From: Botryllus schlosseri
Taxonomy: Eukaryota
Assembly (NCBI GenBank): GCA_051294905.1
Contig: CM119384.1
Coordinates: 23,932,001-23,996,000, forward strand
Direction: 5' to 3'
DNA: 64,000 nt
Positions 26,790 to 38,828 of the stretch are shown here, in pieces; the stretch's first letter is position 1, and each line of letters starts with the position of its first letter. Below the pieces are notes generated by a model, which was not told the DNA's origin, made no database searches, and saw only the letters and a list, made by a program, of their open reading frames with translations. The position numbers were made by a program, and so were the translations under genes.

Positions 26790-28293
26790 TTTTCTAGTTG
26801 TTAATCCAAGTTAGCCTTTATTTGGTAATAATAATTGTAGTTTCTTTTCAGCTCACTTTTTTAATTTTTGATCACAAGAAATGGGAGTAAATTGATTGAA
26901 GCTGCTGTGATATGGCTATTTCGACCATTGTATGGGCATGTCACTTCAACAAGGCCGTCGGGTGAAATTTGCGAATCAGGAGTTGCTCCAAGATATGTAA
27001 ACTCGGGATTAATAAAGAGCCTCTATGCCGTTTACAGTCGTGAAAGCTTCAATTGCCGTATGTTCGCATGCTCTACGCTACCATGAAAATAGCTGGTGAG
27101 CATAAACTTTTGGAGGCAAAAATATTCTCACACAGTAACTCAATATTTCTCCTGTTTGTTGCCTTTTTACAACCTCCCCAAATCGTGATGCACTAATTCT
27201 CCACTCTCTGTCGTGGTGCCATTCTTTGCATTCTCTCTGTGTCTGCAGTACTGTTGGTTCTTGAATATGTTGCGCTTCCTCATCAGTTATGTATTTAGTT
27301 TAGATGGTCAAGTTCATAAATAATAAATATTTGCCTGTCCAGAATTTTTACTGCCATATGCATGTTCAGACGCTTTGTAGTAAAACTGACTATTGTGGCT
27401 ATCATGAGAGTTCAGATTGCCTGACTATTTCTGTTTGCATTGTGAATTTATCCTTCACTTTTTCAGATTGAGAGACCGAATCAATACCAAAATGTTTCAG
27501 AGTGATTCTGGGACGTTCGCGATCGTGAAAAAGCTCTGATACCTGTGTATAATTTCTGGGACCGATGAAATGTCTGAAGTTTCTCAGTGCAGGACTCATC
27601 AATGAAGAGTCGACCATGCACCGTGTACTCGGCAACCATGAGGCAAAGTGATGCCAAATGCTTACAGGACCCTGTAGTTCCTTTTCATCTAGGACACTCA
27701 CATCCCACATTTAGAATGACTCCATCTCGTGCCATTCTGGCCTTAACATTATATAGGACATGTCTCTTCATTTCAGCAGCAACAATGCCACTGAAAAAAA
27801 CATCTGTCCCAATGGTCAATGTTGAACATGCCTTCCCCTTAAATCAGTGGTTCCCAACCTTTTTCGACCCATCGCCCCACCAAATTTTGTGTACCGAAAA
27901 CTGGGCATACAAACTGTAATCACCGGCGAGTTGACTAAAAAAAAAAGGTCAAATTGTCGGAAAGGTCAAATTGTCGGCTCTAAGTCTAAATTGACACACT
28001 TTTGCAACAAAATTTCCGTGGAATGTCTTAAAAAAGGTCAGCCGTTTTGACGCGTTATCGCCCCCTTCGCTATTTTCGCCCCCCGTCGCCCCCTTTGTCC
28101 ATTTTTGCCCCCCTGTCGCCCCCTTCGTCATTTTCGCTCCCCTAGACCGCCAAATCGCCCCCTGGGGGGCGATATCGCCCACGTTGGGAACCATTGCCTT
28201 AAATGCAGAAACCATGACTTTTCCATTTTCAATAGCTTTTACGTCTCCAACTATCCTTTCCCTTTCGTATCTCATAATAAAATAAGTTTCCAT
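26790..28293 (-). pseudogene. SWIM zinc finger + YqaJ/lambda-type exonuclease gene, disrupted (ISL2EU/Kolobok-type accessory gene)
   Basis: By-hand translation gives GCECPR*KGTTGSCKHLASL (SWIM), ECKEWHHDREWRISASRFGEV, LFINPEFTYLGATPD...DGLVEVTCPY and YYQIKANL. The reading frame continues across the 27845-28196 MITE once one TSD is removed. Confidence 0.75.
27845..28196. mobile_element. hAT MITE (TIR CAGTGGTTCCCAAC)
   Basis: TIR pair with one mismatch and a perfect TSD CCTTAAAT. TCGCCCCC repeats. Its termini resemble those of the 15107-20998 element. Confidence 0.9.
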
Positions 28294-29936
28294 GAGCTTC
28301 GCTGTAATTTTTGGTAAAAAGTCTGTCTCTGTAAGGCTTTGATAACCATCCTTTGACCATACAAATGGTTGAGCGGTTTCTTAGTTCGCAGATGTTGACT
28401 GAGCGGTGGTTTGAAACTGGAAATTGCAGTTTCTATTATATGCGCCGAATCTGAGAATAAACAACGACCATGAAGGATAAGCAGTATGGATGATTTGGAA
28501 TTCAGTGTCAGTTTTGTTTAAAATTTCACCATCATTTCAAAACACTGTAAGAATGCAATACAATAAAAAAAAGCAAGGCGTCGAAGCGACTTAGAGAACG
28601 GTAGTCCTCGAAATCAGACACCCACGTGCGCCTAGGCGATGTAAAGAGGGATGCACACTGAATGAAAAGTAGAAGAATCTACTCTACTAAACCTTGAGTC
28701 GAGGAGCCGTTACTAAACCTTAAGTCGAGGAGCCGTTACTAAGTATTTTGCAATCTGGTGTGGCAATTGTAATTTAATGAAGTTTTTTCATACATATGAG
28801 TCATCATTCAAGACGTAACTTCTGGTGCTGAGCTGCGGGTAGCCGACATTTAGTTGACAAATTCACATTCTCACCTAGTTATCAAATCGGCCTTATTTCC
28901 TTTCTTAGAAGCTTTCCAATGTTTTAGTTCATTTTATAGCGAGCCTACGGTCCACGTAGAATATGTTGTAGTCATTATTTCCATATAAAATACCCTTACA
29001 CAATCGAGAAAGTAACCTACAGGTTTCTGATAACTGCAGCGGCGTACGTAACAACGGCGGTTACCACCTCAAGTTTGGCGACACCTAGTGATTTGATGGA
29101 CCCTATTCCATAGTTTGTTATTTTTCGTATAGCTGAATAGCTGTGGATTGGATAATGCCAGGCTGATACAATCCTTCCTTTCTGTATCAGGTCTATGATG
29201 AGTCCGCGATATACGATTATATACATATTTGATTATCGTACTGCTATACAATACATACGACGTTCAAGATCCTCAACATCAAAGGAGCTTGCACTCATTT
29301 GCACGATGAGAATTGTGTCGATGAATCTATGAATATTTCTATGCTGTAGCAGCACTTGAACTTGACACACTGCAGATGTGCTGTAGATGTAGAATAAAGG
29401 CAACGATGTAACCTAACCTAACTGTAATATTGGTAAAATGTGGTGCTTTGTTCCCACAAATTTAATTTTGGTCACGTTTCCGATCCTATACAATTTGTAT
29501 GTATATACACCTAGGCGCCGTTCTGCCAGGTTGAAACAAATAATTTACGAATGAGATGCATGTTGCAGTCACTAACGATGCCGTGTTAGCCAGAGGATTC
29601 TTGATTACTTGGGTGCAAGGATCGTTTTGTATCGCACGTCGTTGTTAGATCAAGCTGCTAACCGATTTGGTGGGGATAGGACGTAAATGTGCCTGCTATA
29701 TAATTAAATTACTGTTACAATATTAGATAACTCCAGATGCTTTGCGTCATCTAATGCAGCACCATCGACCGATGCGACATAAAATGCAGCGCCATCGATC
29801 GATGAAAAATGCCTATGCCAAGCCTGCGAATTGGCCAATAGGCATGATATTTGTGGTTGATGCAGGGAGCAATGGAATGTTCCCCAATCAATGTTCAGGG
29901 AATAATCTTGATGACACAGACAAGTCCCAATCGTTC

Positions 29937-32900
29937 TGTAGAGGCCTTTGCTCAGATAGGAAGTTTATTCACTCAGTCGTACTCAACAACCCAGCAGCGA
30001 CGAGACCAAACACAAAGAGAGAGCTGCTCCATGAAATCACTCAAGCATCCCAAGGGCGCGAACCCAGATAGGGGGCGCACGAGGGCTGCTATATCACCCT
30101 CCCATCAATTTTGAGAGGTGCTACTCAAGTAGACTCACACAACAAAATACAAGCAATAACCAAGCAACAAGCAGTAAGCGAGAAAAAAAGAACACTTTCA
30201 CATAACATAGTCATTAAATCGTGAGGGCATTTGTCTGCTACGATCGGGCAGGACACTCGGTATCTCCTCCGACACAGCAATGTCGGTGTCACTGACTGAA
30301 TCGTTTTCCAGAGCTGGAAGTGAGTCAACATCATCTATGTAAGGATGTAAATTATCCGCATGCACAATACAATATCGTTCGGAGTCCACATGTTTTATCC
30401 GATACAGGAATTGTTCGATTCGCTATGACACCAGCCATGGGCCGGTCCAACCCGACCTCAGTTTTGACTTTGCGGGTGGATGGATGTACCAGCACAAACT
30501 ACCAGTTTCCAAAATCAAGGGTTTAACAGATGGATCGAAGTTTCTGGACTGGCGGATAGCAGACTTACTCAGTTGCTCACGGGCATACGCAAAAGCATCA
30601 GTACTAGCAATGTCAAACCACTTGACAAACTCAGTATAACAACGATAGGCAGTGTTACGTGGCGGTTTACCGAACATGATATCAACAGGAAGGGATATCT
30701 CTCTTCCTAAAAACAAACGATTAGGGGTATAACCAGTAGATGCATGCACTGATGACCTGTAAGCCATGGATAAATAAGGTAAATGTTCATCCCAGTTGTC
30801 TTGGGCACTGTTCACAAAACTTTTGAGCATTTGCAGATAAACCCGATTGTTCCCTTCTGTGAGCCCGTCTGATCTAGGATGATAGGGAGTAGTGCGAGTT
30901 TTATCAATATCAAATAGCATACACATTTGCTTAAAAAAGTCAGATTCAAATTGTACACCCTGGTCCGTATGGATTATAGACGGCGCACCAAATCTGGTGA
31001 AAATTTCAGTCACAAGTACATCTGCAGCAGAAGCAGCCAACAAGTTTTTCAACGGGAATGCTTCTACCCATTTTGAGAAGTAGTCAGTACATACCATAAT
31101 GTACTTATAACCCGACTCCGTCTCATTCAAGGGACCCATGAAATCAATAGAAATTCTGTCAAATGGCTCAGCACATAACATTTTCTGCAAATTAGCCTTG
31201 TGACCACCATGAGGAGTTTTCGATTTGGTACACACAGAACAGTATTTAATCTAACTTTCAACATCACGTTTCATTCCAGGCCAATACACCCTATCTCTCA
31301 ATTTCTTATAAGTACGATCACGGCCCAAATGACCTGCTGTACGCAATGCATGAAACTGGTGAAAAATATCCTTACGAACCGAAAGGGGCAGGACTAATTG
31401 AAATATTGGTTTACCCCTCCAGGATTAGAATGCACAAATTCACGATAAAGTACTCCATTTCGCAGACTGATGAGTCGCCATTGCGAACACAAGTCCTGGA
31501 CCAGTTTTGGCTGGAACAGAAGTTCAGTCCCAGAAGGTCTACAATCTCTTGTTTCCTTCATTGAAATGACTGTTTTCAAGTCCTTGTCTTTCATCTGCAG
31601 CTCCTTCAAATTTTCTTCAGGGTATGACTGCAACCATAGTTTGACAAATCTGGTCCTGTGGATGCAGATTCTTCAGCAACCTGCCCCAAACTCCCTACAA
31701 TCACCGCAGCATATCTTGTTGCTGGAGGTTCTGCAAAATCACAACAGTCCGAGCATTCCTCTCGCTCACAGCGTCTACGGTACTTCCTGGAGAGACCATC
31801 AGCATTCCCATGCAACACGCCTGGACGATGTTCCACGGTATAATCATAGCTGCTCAGAAACGCAATCCACCTTGCCACCAAAGGACCATGGGGTTCGCTC
31901 GAAGTGAGAAGCCAACGCAATGAAGAATGATCAGTCCTCAGAATGAATGGTCTCCCCCAAAGGTAATGCCTGAAATGCTCAATTGCCCATCTTGCAGCAT
32001 AAAGCTCTCGATATGTAGCACAGTAATTCCTCTGTTAAGAGTAGTACTTGCATAAGCGATTACCCTCTCAAGACCCTCTTGCTTCTGAGAGAGAACCCCA
32101 CCCACACTAAAAGCGCTGCAATCAGTGTCAAGAATGAACACTTCACCATCTTCACGTGGGTAAGACAGTATCGGAGATTTCGTCAATAACCCCTTCAAGG
32201 TGTCAAAGGCATTTTGACACTGATTGTCCCAGTTGAAAGGCACATTCTTCATTGTTAGATGGGTCAGTGGGTAAGCAATGGACGCGAATGACTTCACATA
32301 CTGCCGATAATAGTTCGCGGTGCCCAGGAAAGCTTGGAGATCTTTCGCGGTGCCCAGGAAAGCTTGGAGATCTTTCAACTTCCCAGGAACCGGCCAGTCA
32401 CGAATCGACGATATCTTTGTCTCACTGCAGCTAACCCATTCGTCTGAAATTTCATGGCCAAGATATTCCACACGTCTTTGAAACAACCTGCATTTAGTTG
32501 GTTTGAACTTTAGTCCCGCCATGCGTATCCTGGAGAAAACGTGTCGGAGGTTCTCCATTTCGTGCTCAGAAGTTTTTCCAAAAACCATAACATCATCCAG
32601 GAAAACCAAGGCTCGCGACCACAATACATCAGCAAGAACTTTCTCCATCAATCTCTGAAACAGAGCTGGCGAATTTGCCAATCCCATGGGAAGTACAGTA
32701 AATTGGTAATGGTTATGACCTGGAACACTGAAGGCTGTTTTGGGGCGATCCTTAGGATCTATTGTGACTTGGAAAAAACCGCTTGCCAAGTCCAAACATG
32801 AAAACCACGAGGCGCCTCCCAACGAATCGAGAATATCTTCTATTCGAGGTAACGAGTATGCATCTTTGACCGTTACGCTATTCAGTTTCCTGTAATCCAG

Positions 32901-35688
32901 AACAATTCTCCAGGAATTATCATTTTTAGGAACCAGCATAATTGGTGCATTGAAAGGTGAATCAGACTCCTCTATCACGTTCTGTTCTCTCAGCTTATCC
33001 TCTTCTTGAATAGCCAGCTTGCGTTTCTTCCAGCCCATGCGCCGGGGACGTACTTTGACAGGTTGTTCAGTGGTGAGAGTGATTCTATGCTGCAAAACTT
33101 GCGTCTGTCCGAGTTTCCCATCCGGCCCAATGAAAACATCCCGGAATTCAGTCAAGAGATCCCGCACTGCCGACTGCTGCTCCCCTGTTAAGTCCTGAAC
33201 CCCATCTAACATGGAACTCGGATGACCTGGAAATTCGACCGTTTGCGATTTCGATTCTTCACCTAAATAGGACTTCGCTTCACCCGGGGGCACCTCTTCA
33301 TCTTCACTCTTCCTTATACTGGCAATGCCGGAAACTCTTCCATGTACATCCTGGAAGTTGTCTGCAGGGCAAATCATGCCAACAAAAGTGCCGGAGGGTA
33401 TCTCAACCACACGATCTGAATCATTCACAACCAGAACTGGCACCAAGCATTCTGATGCGGTAACGAAAGCAGGACACACATACACTCCCGACTTATTCTG
33501 TGCCCACGAAAAATCCCTGACTGGCTCAACTACAGCCGTAACTCCCTTAACATCCACTGGCCAAGGGTGGTTATTCTCTCCAGTCACACATAACTGACTG
33601 TGAGCGGGGACCAAAATTGATTCCCTAATGTTTATACGGCTGCACGTGACATTATTGGAACTCCACGTCTGGCATACAAGGTGACATCAAAATCCTTCAG
33701 AGCATCCATACCCAAAATACCAATTTTAGCTCCGAGCTCAGCCACAAACACTCGCATCCTCACACAAACTTTATTTATACACATCTTGAGTGTGCAACTT
33801 CCATGCACTACTAGGGGTCTGCCATTAGCCACTCTAAATCGATTGTCATCCGGACTCGATTCTAGCTCACCGACATCAATAAACTCCCGTAACCCAAAAT
33901 CTATGAATGTTACCGGACTACCGGTATCTACCAAAAATTTATAATCTGCCCGGGCAATACTAACAAGTGTGTACCAGTTGGTTGAAACATTGAGGGAGCA
34001 AATCAAGTTATCAAGATCATCATCAACCGTATTACAAGCGGGGTTACTGGTTTCGCACCCCGCTACTGCGAGTTTAAACGACCGTTCCAATTTTCATTAT
34101 TATCCATAGTTGGCTGTGGTTGAGGGAAATATTTTGTTGGCCCATTGGGTCCATGCTGCCATGAACTATTCTGATTGGAATATTGACATTGATAATTATA
34201 GTGCCCGGCATTACGACAAAGTGGACAAAAAGGTGCCCGACAAAAACGTGCAGAATGACCAGACTTGCCACACCTGAAGCATTTACCAAAGTATTTTGAC
34301 TTGGGACTTTCGCGGTTCTTATTAGGTGAATTCGGACGACTCGTCTTATTGTCTGGGACATGATTTTTATTAAATAACTCTGTCAGTTCAGTTCTCAAGG
34401 ACTTAATCTGGTTTTGCAATTCACCAATACATTCATCACATTCTGATTTTGAGTTCAAGTCAGCCTTGCGGGTAGGGTTATTAACGACTGCCACGTAAGG
34501 TTTTATTGTACCCGCATTGGCCCCATGAGTAGCAGCCATTGACTCATAGTTTTCGGCAGCATGAACTAACTCCTCTAAACTGTCACTCTCACGCACAGCA
34601 AGCATACCACACAGTGTGACATCGGAAAACCCTTGACAAAATTGTTGACGTACCAGTAACTCTGCAGCATTACCGTTTATCATCTTGTAGCCTTTTACGT
34701 ACCAATTCTCGGAGAGCAGCAGCAAATGCAACAGGGGTCTCAGTCGGCTTTTTTCTTCGGCTGTTGAACTTAGTTCTGTAGTTTTGGCCCGATTGCTCCT
34801 TTCCAAAACATTTTTTGAGGTGCTCGACTATTATGTCGAAGTTTTGGGAATCCTCGGCAGAAACCTCCTTGGCGTACTTCAGCGCGGGACCTTCTAGACT
34901 CCAGCCAAACTATGAAAGAATTTCACGTACGCCCCAAGATGGGTTGCAGCCAACAACATACTCAAAGTGGCTCATATGGCCTTCTAACGTAACGTCCGTT
35001 GTTCCACTGAACTTATTAGGTAGAACATTTGGTGTTTTCGATTCCAGATGAATAGGCTTACCAGGCACTGGTATTGCGGTTGATTTCTTGCTGCTTGAAA
35101 TTATTGTATCGTAGGAAATAATCCTATCCGGAGCTGGAACACATGGACGATCAACACTGCCCTTGTCAGAACCAGTCTGTTCCGGTACAGTACGTTGCAT
35201 TTCTTTAATTATTGAAAGAACCCTGGTCTCCCATGCCTGCATTTTTCGGTCGATCATCTCTTCGCCAGCAAGTAGAATTTTTTCTGAGATGCGCTCAATC
35301 TGTCCCGATACTCTACTTTCGGGTGTTCGTCATTCTCACCTCGAGGTATTCAATTTTCGTTCGCAGCACGTCTAGTTGATGCGACTCGATCTCCTTTCTA
35401 TCTGTCTGGCCTCGGAAATTAACGACTGAGGTGAACTATCCATTCTGGTCCTGGCGTGCTCGCCAATGTAGAGGCCTTTGTCCAGTATGGAGGTTTATTC
35501 AGCACACAATATACACCGCAACCCGACATACGATACAGATCCAAGAACCAAGTAACCGACCACAAATACCGTCGACCGCCCAACACGACCGACGCAACCC
35601 AAGAGAGCAAACCACCTCATGCTCTTCCGGAATAGACAGAGCATGACCGAAAGCGAGCCCGAATAGGGGGCGCACGAGGGCTGCTACA
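29937..35688 (-). mobile_element. Gypsy/Ty3 LTR retrotransposon, decayed, with discordant LTRs
   Basis: gag with CCHC knuckles (34063-35257), protease FLVDTGS (33632-34090), RT LDLASGFFQ/VFLDD plus RNase H (31606-33614), and integrase (30423-31350), with frameshifts. LTRs at 35467-35688 and 29937-30093. PBS TGGCGAGCACGCCAGGA (35449-35465, tRNA-Arg(ACG)-like). PPT at 30094-30106. Confidence 0.92.
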
Positions 35689-36487
35689 GTTGATTATAAT
35701 TCGACATTTGAATGCAGTGCAAATACTTATACCCGTGTAAAGTGCATCTGATCTCTCGTGCCCCTGGGTGTTTTCTGTGAAAAGCATGTATTAGACATAT
35801 TGCATTCATGCAACTACTGGTATATGAATTGTGAATGATTGTAATCATATCTTCAATTGCTTCAGATTTTGTGAAATTATTATCGGAAAAAACAAACTTT
35901 TTGTATGACGGTTTCTTCATGTAGAATAAAAAGGGGGCAGGGAGTCAGGTTATCTACGTTTGCGTCACTAATAGGCTTGGGCGATAGAGATGCAAAGAAA
36001 CTGCAAGGCTATCGAGTCTGCACCACGGTTTTATCTCTCCACGCAATCCCATTGCGTTGATCGCCTGGCGTGGGGGCTGTGTGGACACCAGTTTTAATGT
36101 AAAGGCGTTTGTCTGACCGAGCAATAAGATGTACGCTCATACATTACTCTATCAAATATTTATTTAGATTCTAGGAAGTTCAAGGAACGTAGGTTTCGGT
36201 GTTAGTTTACAACGCACCGCCTCAAAGTACTTTTTCAATAGTCAGTGGGAATTGAATTCATTTCTACAGAAGGTAAACACGTGTAAAGCTGTGCAATGTT
36301 TGAACCCATCCATAAACTACTCAATAAAGTGGTAATGTAACTTACGTACGTGTGATAATATTGGAAGTCGTCTATACAAACCTTGCCGCCAGCAAGTTCG
36401 TATTGATAATGAAGAAGATCTACTTGACTATTGTCAAATTGGATGCAAAGGGCCGATTTTGATCCAACTAGATACGAGAAAATCACG

Positions 36488-36650
36488 AATTGGCCATGAA
36501 CTCGTGGCCGGCCACGATGAATTCTTATGGTCGGCCATGAAATTCACTGTGGCCGGCCACGAGACAACGCATTTTCATGGCCGGCCACAAAAAAATCTGT
36601 GGCCAGTAAGTGGCCACGGGAAAGCTGAGACCCCTACTGGTGATTTATCC
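36488..36650. repeat. GGCCGGCC array, related to 14560-14745 in the opposite orientation
   Basis: Repeated GGCCGGCCA. The end GGCCACGGGAAAGCTGAGA is approximately the reverse complement of TTTCAGCATTCCCGTGGCC at ~14555. Confidence 0.65.
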
Positions 36651-38828
36651 CATCCACAAAAATCTATATCAGGGCCAGGGGTTCCCAACCTTTTTGACCT
36701 AGCCGCCCGAATAGGAAAATATATTTTGCAACACCCTGGCACATCCAGTGCCAGTACCCTCGGGTGGAAGATTAGGGAAGCTGGTGACTAACAAAAATAC
36801 ATAGTATACGTCAGATTCAGATGGTATAGTGACTAAAAATAGTCGCCGTTTCCTGGCTATTTTCAGTTATTCATTTTGATTTTTAAAATATCATGCAATA
36901 AACCACAATATTGTGATACAATAACAAGATAGTGTTGTGGTGTTATGTTCTTGATCTTGTTTGAACAATAACTCAATACGACGAGGTTGCAATACGAAAT
37001 CAGTATATTTTACAGCAGTATGACTTCAAGACAAGCGACACGATCCAGAGTGCAGTTAAATGAAAGACCACGAGGCAACAGAACACAGGGTATAAATACA
37101 AGCACGACACACGAGGAAATATTGATTGGCTGTAATTACTAATCCTATAGAAAGAAAGAATTGTACGACACTAAACGTAAATGCACGAACATAACAGTCC
37201 TCCCCTATAAGTTGAGAGGGTTGCCCACATTTACGTAGGTCTGTAGAAATCGGTTGGCTTTCTGTTCCTAAGAGGATAACGTCTACCCGACGTACGGGCA
37301 GGACTAGCTGCAGGCCCTTGTGCCCTGTTCTGTTCCTAAGCAATGGTTTCTCAAGCTCAGCTTGTGACTGTTGAGGCTGAGCAACTTCCTGTGTGGCTGT
37401 TTTATTGCCAGCTGAAATCAAGCGTGGTTGGAGTTGGTTCTTGTGTCTTCTCCAATACTTTAGTATTGTAGTATTATCACTGAGCTTCTAGCTGTCTACT
37501 TGGACAGATACCTTTACAAGTCGGATTCGAAGTGTTTTCTTCACCGACCACATGCTTGTCTGTCATCAAAACAATACGGAACCAATCGCATGCTCAATCA
37601 AGCATATCATAACACCACATCTCCCTTTTTTAGTGGAAGAGACATCGACACTACTTACATTATATACAAGTGACAATACAGCAGCGATAACAATATATAT
37701 AAGGTGACACTACCCCTGCAAGGTTAGCAAGAGCAGGGCATTTACACTCAACAGACAGAGTCACCAGGGAGGTAGACTACTCCCAAGGTGTACAACAGGT
37801 TAGGGGATTATTCTGCCCCTGATCTTGAAACCTGTGTGTGATCAATATTGCTCAATAAATCGTTGTGGCGTATTTCTAATTCTCGAGGATCGTCTCGCGG
37901 GATTTTCTCCGGTAGGTTCAGTTGAACCGTTGGCTTCTCGATGGTGTCCTGGTTTCTTCGACGATACAAGACAATATTCAACCGGTTTATTCTGATGCGG
38001 AACCGATGGTTTTGGTTCCTCCGGTTCCTTGGTTCCTCCGGTTGTACTTCCGTAAGTGTTTTCGGTTACGCCTCATCAGTCCATTGTTCGTCTCAACGAT
38101 GATCGCTCTAGGATTTTCATGCATCTCCATGATGATACCCATCCTTTCGCAATCAGGAATGTATACCTGGTCTCCAATTCCGAATCTATCATTCTCTACC
38201 ACACGATGTCTTTTATTGTAACTCGCAGCCATTTTCTGTCCATACTCCGTCTCCCTTTTTCAAAGATCTTCGGCATCAACAGTCTGTTGTCGTAGCTGGT
38301 CAGGATGACAAATCACCTTTGTCTTCAATCTGCGTCCCATGCTCAATTGGGCGGGCGATAACCCGGTGTGCAAGGGCGTGCTCCTATAGTTCAGTAGCGT
38401 CAGATAGACATCATCTGTTTTCTTGAGCAGGGCCTTTATAGTTTGCACTCCTCTCTCGATGAAGCCATTGCCCTGGCTATATTTCGGAGAAGAGGCGAGG
38501 TGCTGAAAATTCCAGGCTCTGGAGAACTGAGAAAATTCAGAGGAAACGAAGACCGAAGCATTGTCCGTAAGCAAGACATCACAGATGCCATGATGAGAGA
38601 ACACATTCTTGAAGTTAGAAATTGTGTCCCGCGACGAGATCGTTTTCTTTACTGAGAACAGTTCTATGTCTCTGGAGTAGTAATCCATGATCAAAAGGTA
38701 GTACTTGTCCTCCAGTTGGAAAAAATCAGCAGCAATTCTAGCCCATGGGCGTGTCGGAAATTCGGTCCCCATCATCGGTTCAGTTCGATCTCGTCGATGC
38801 TTTTCACAGCGGTTGCAGTTGAGTACTG

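Noticed and set aside
22042-27844. TTAA-AGGGG (22042) paired with CCCC-TTAA (~27840) as Kolobok termini
   Set aside because: The right-hand site lies inside the SWIM-exonuclease reading frame and overlaps a MITE TSD, so it cannot be the element end.
36677-36790. CAGGGGTTCCCAACC hAT-like left end
   Set aside because: No matching right TIR or TSD was found.
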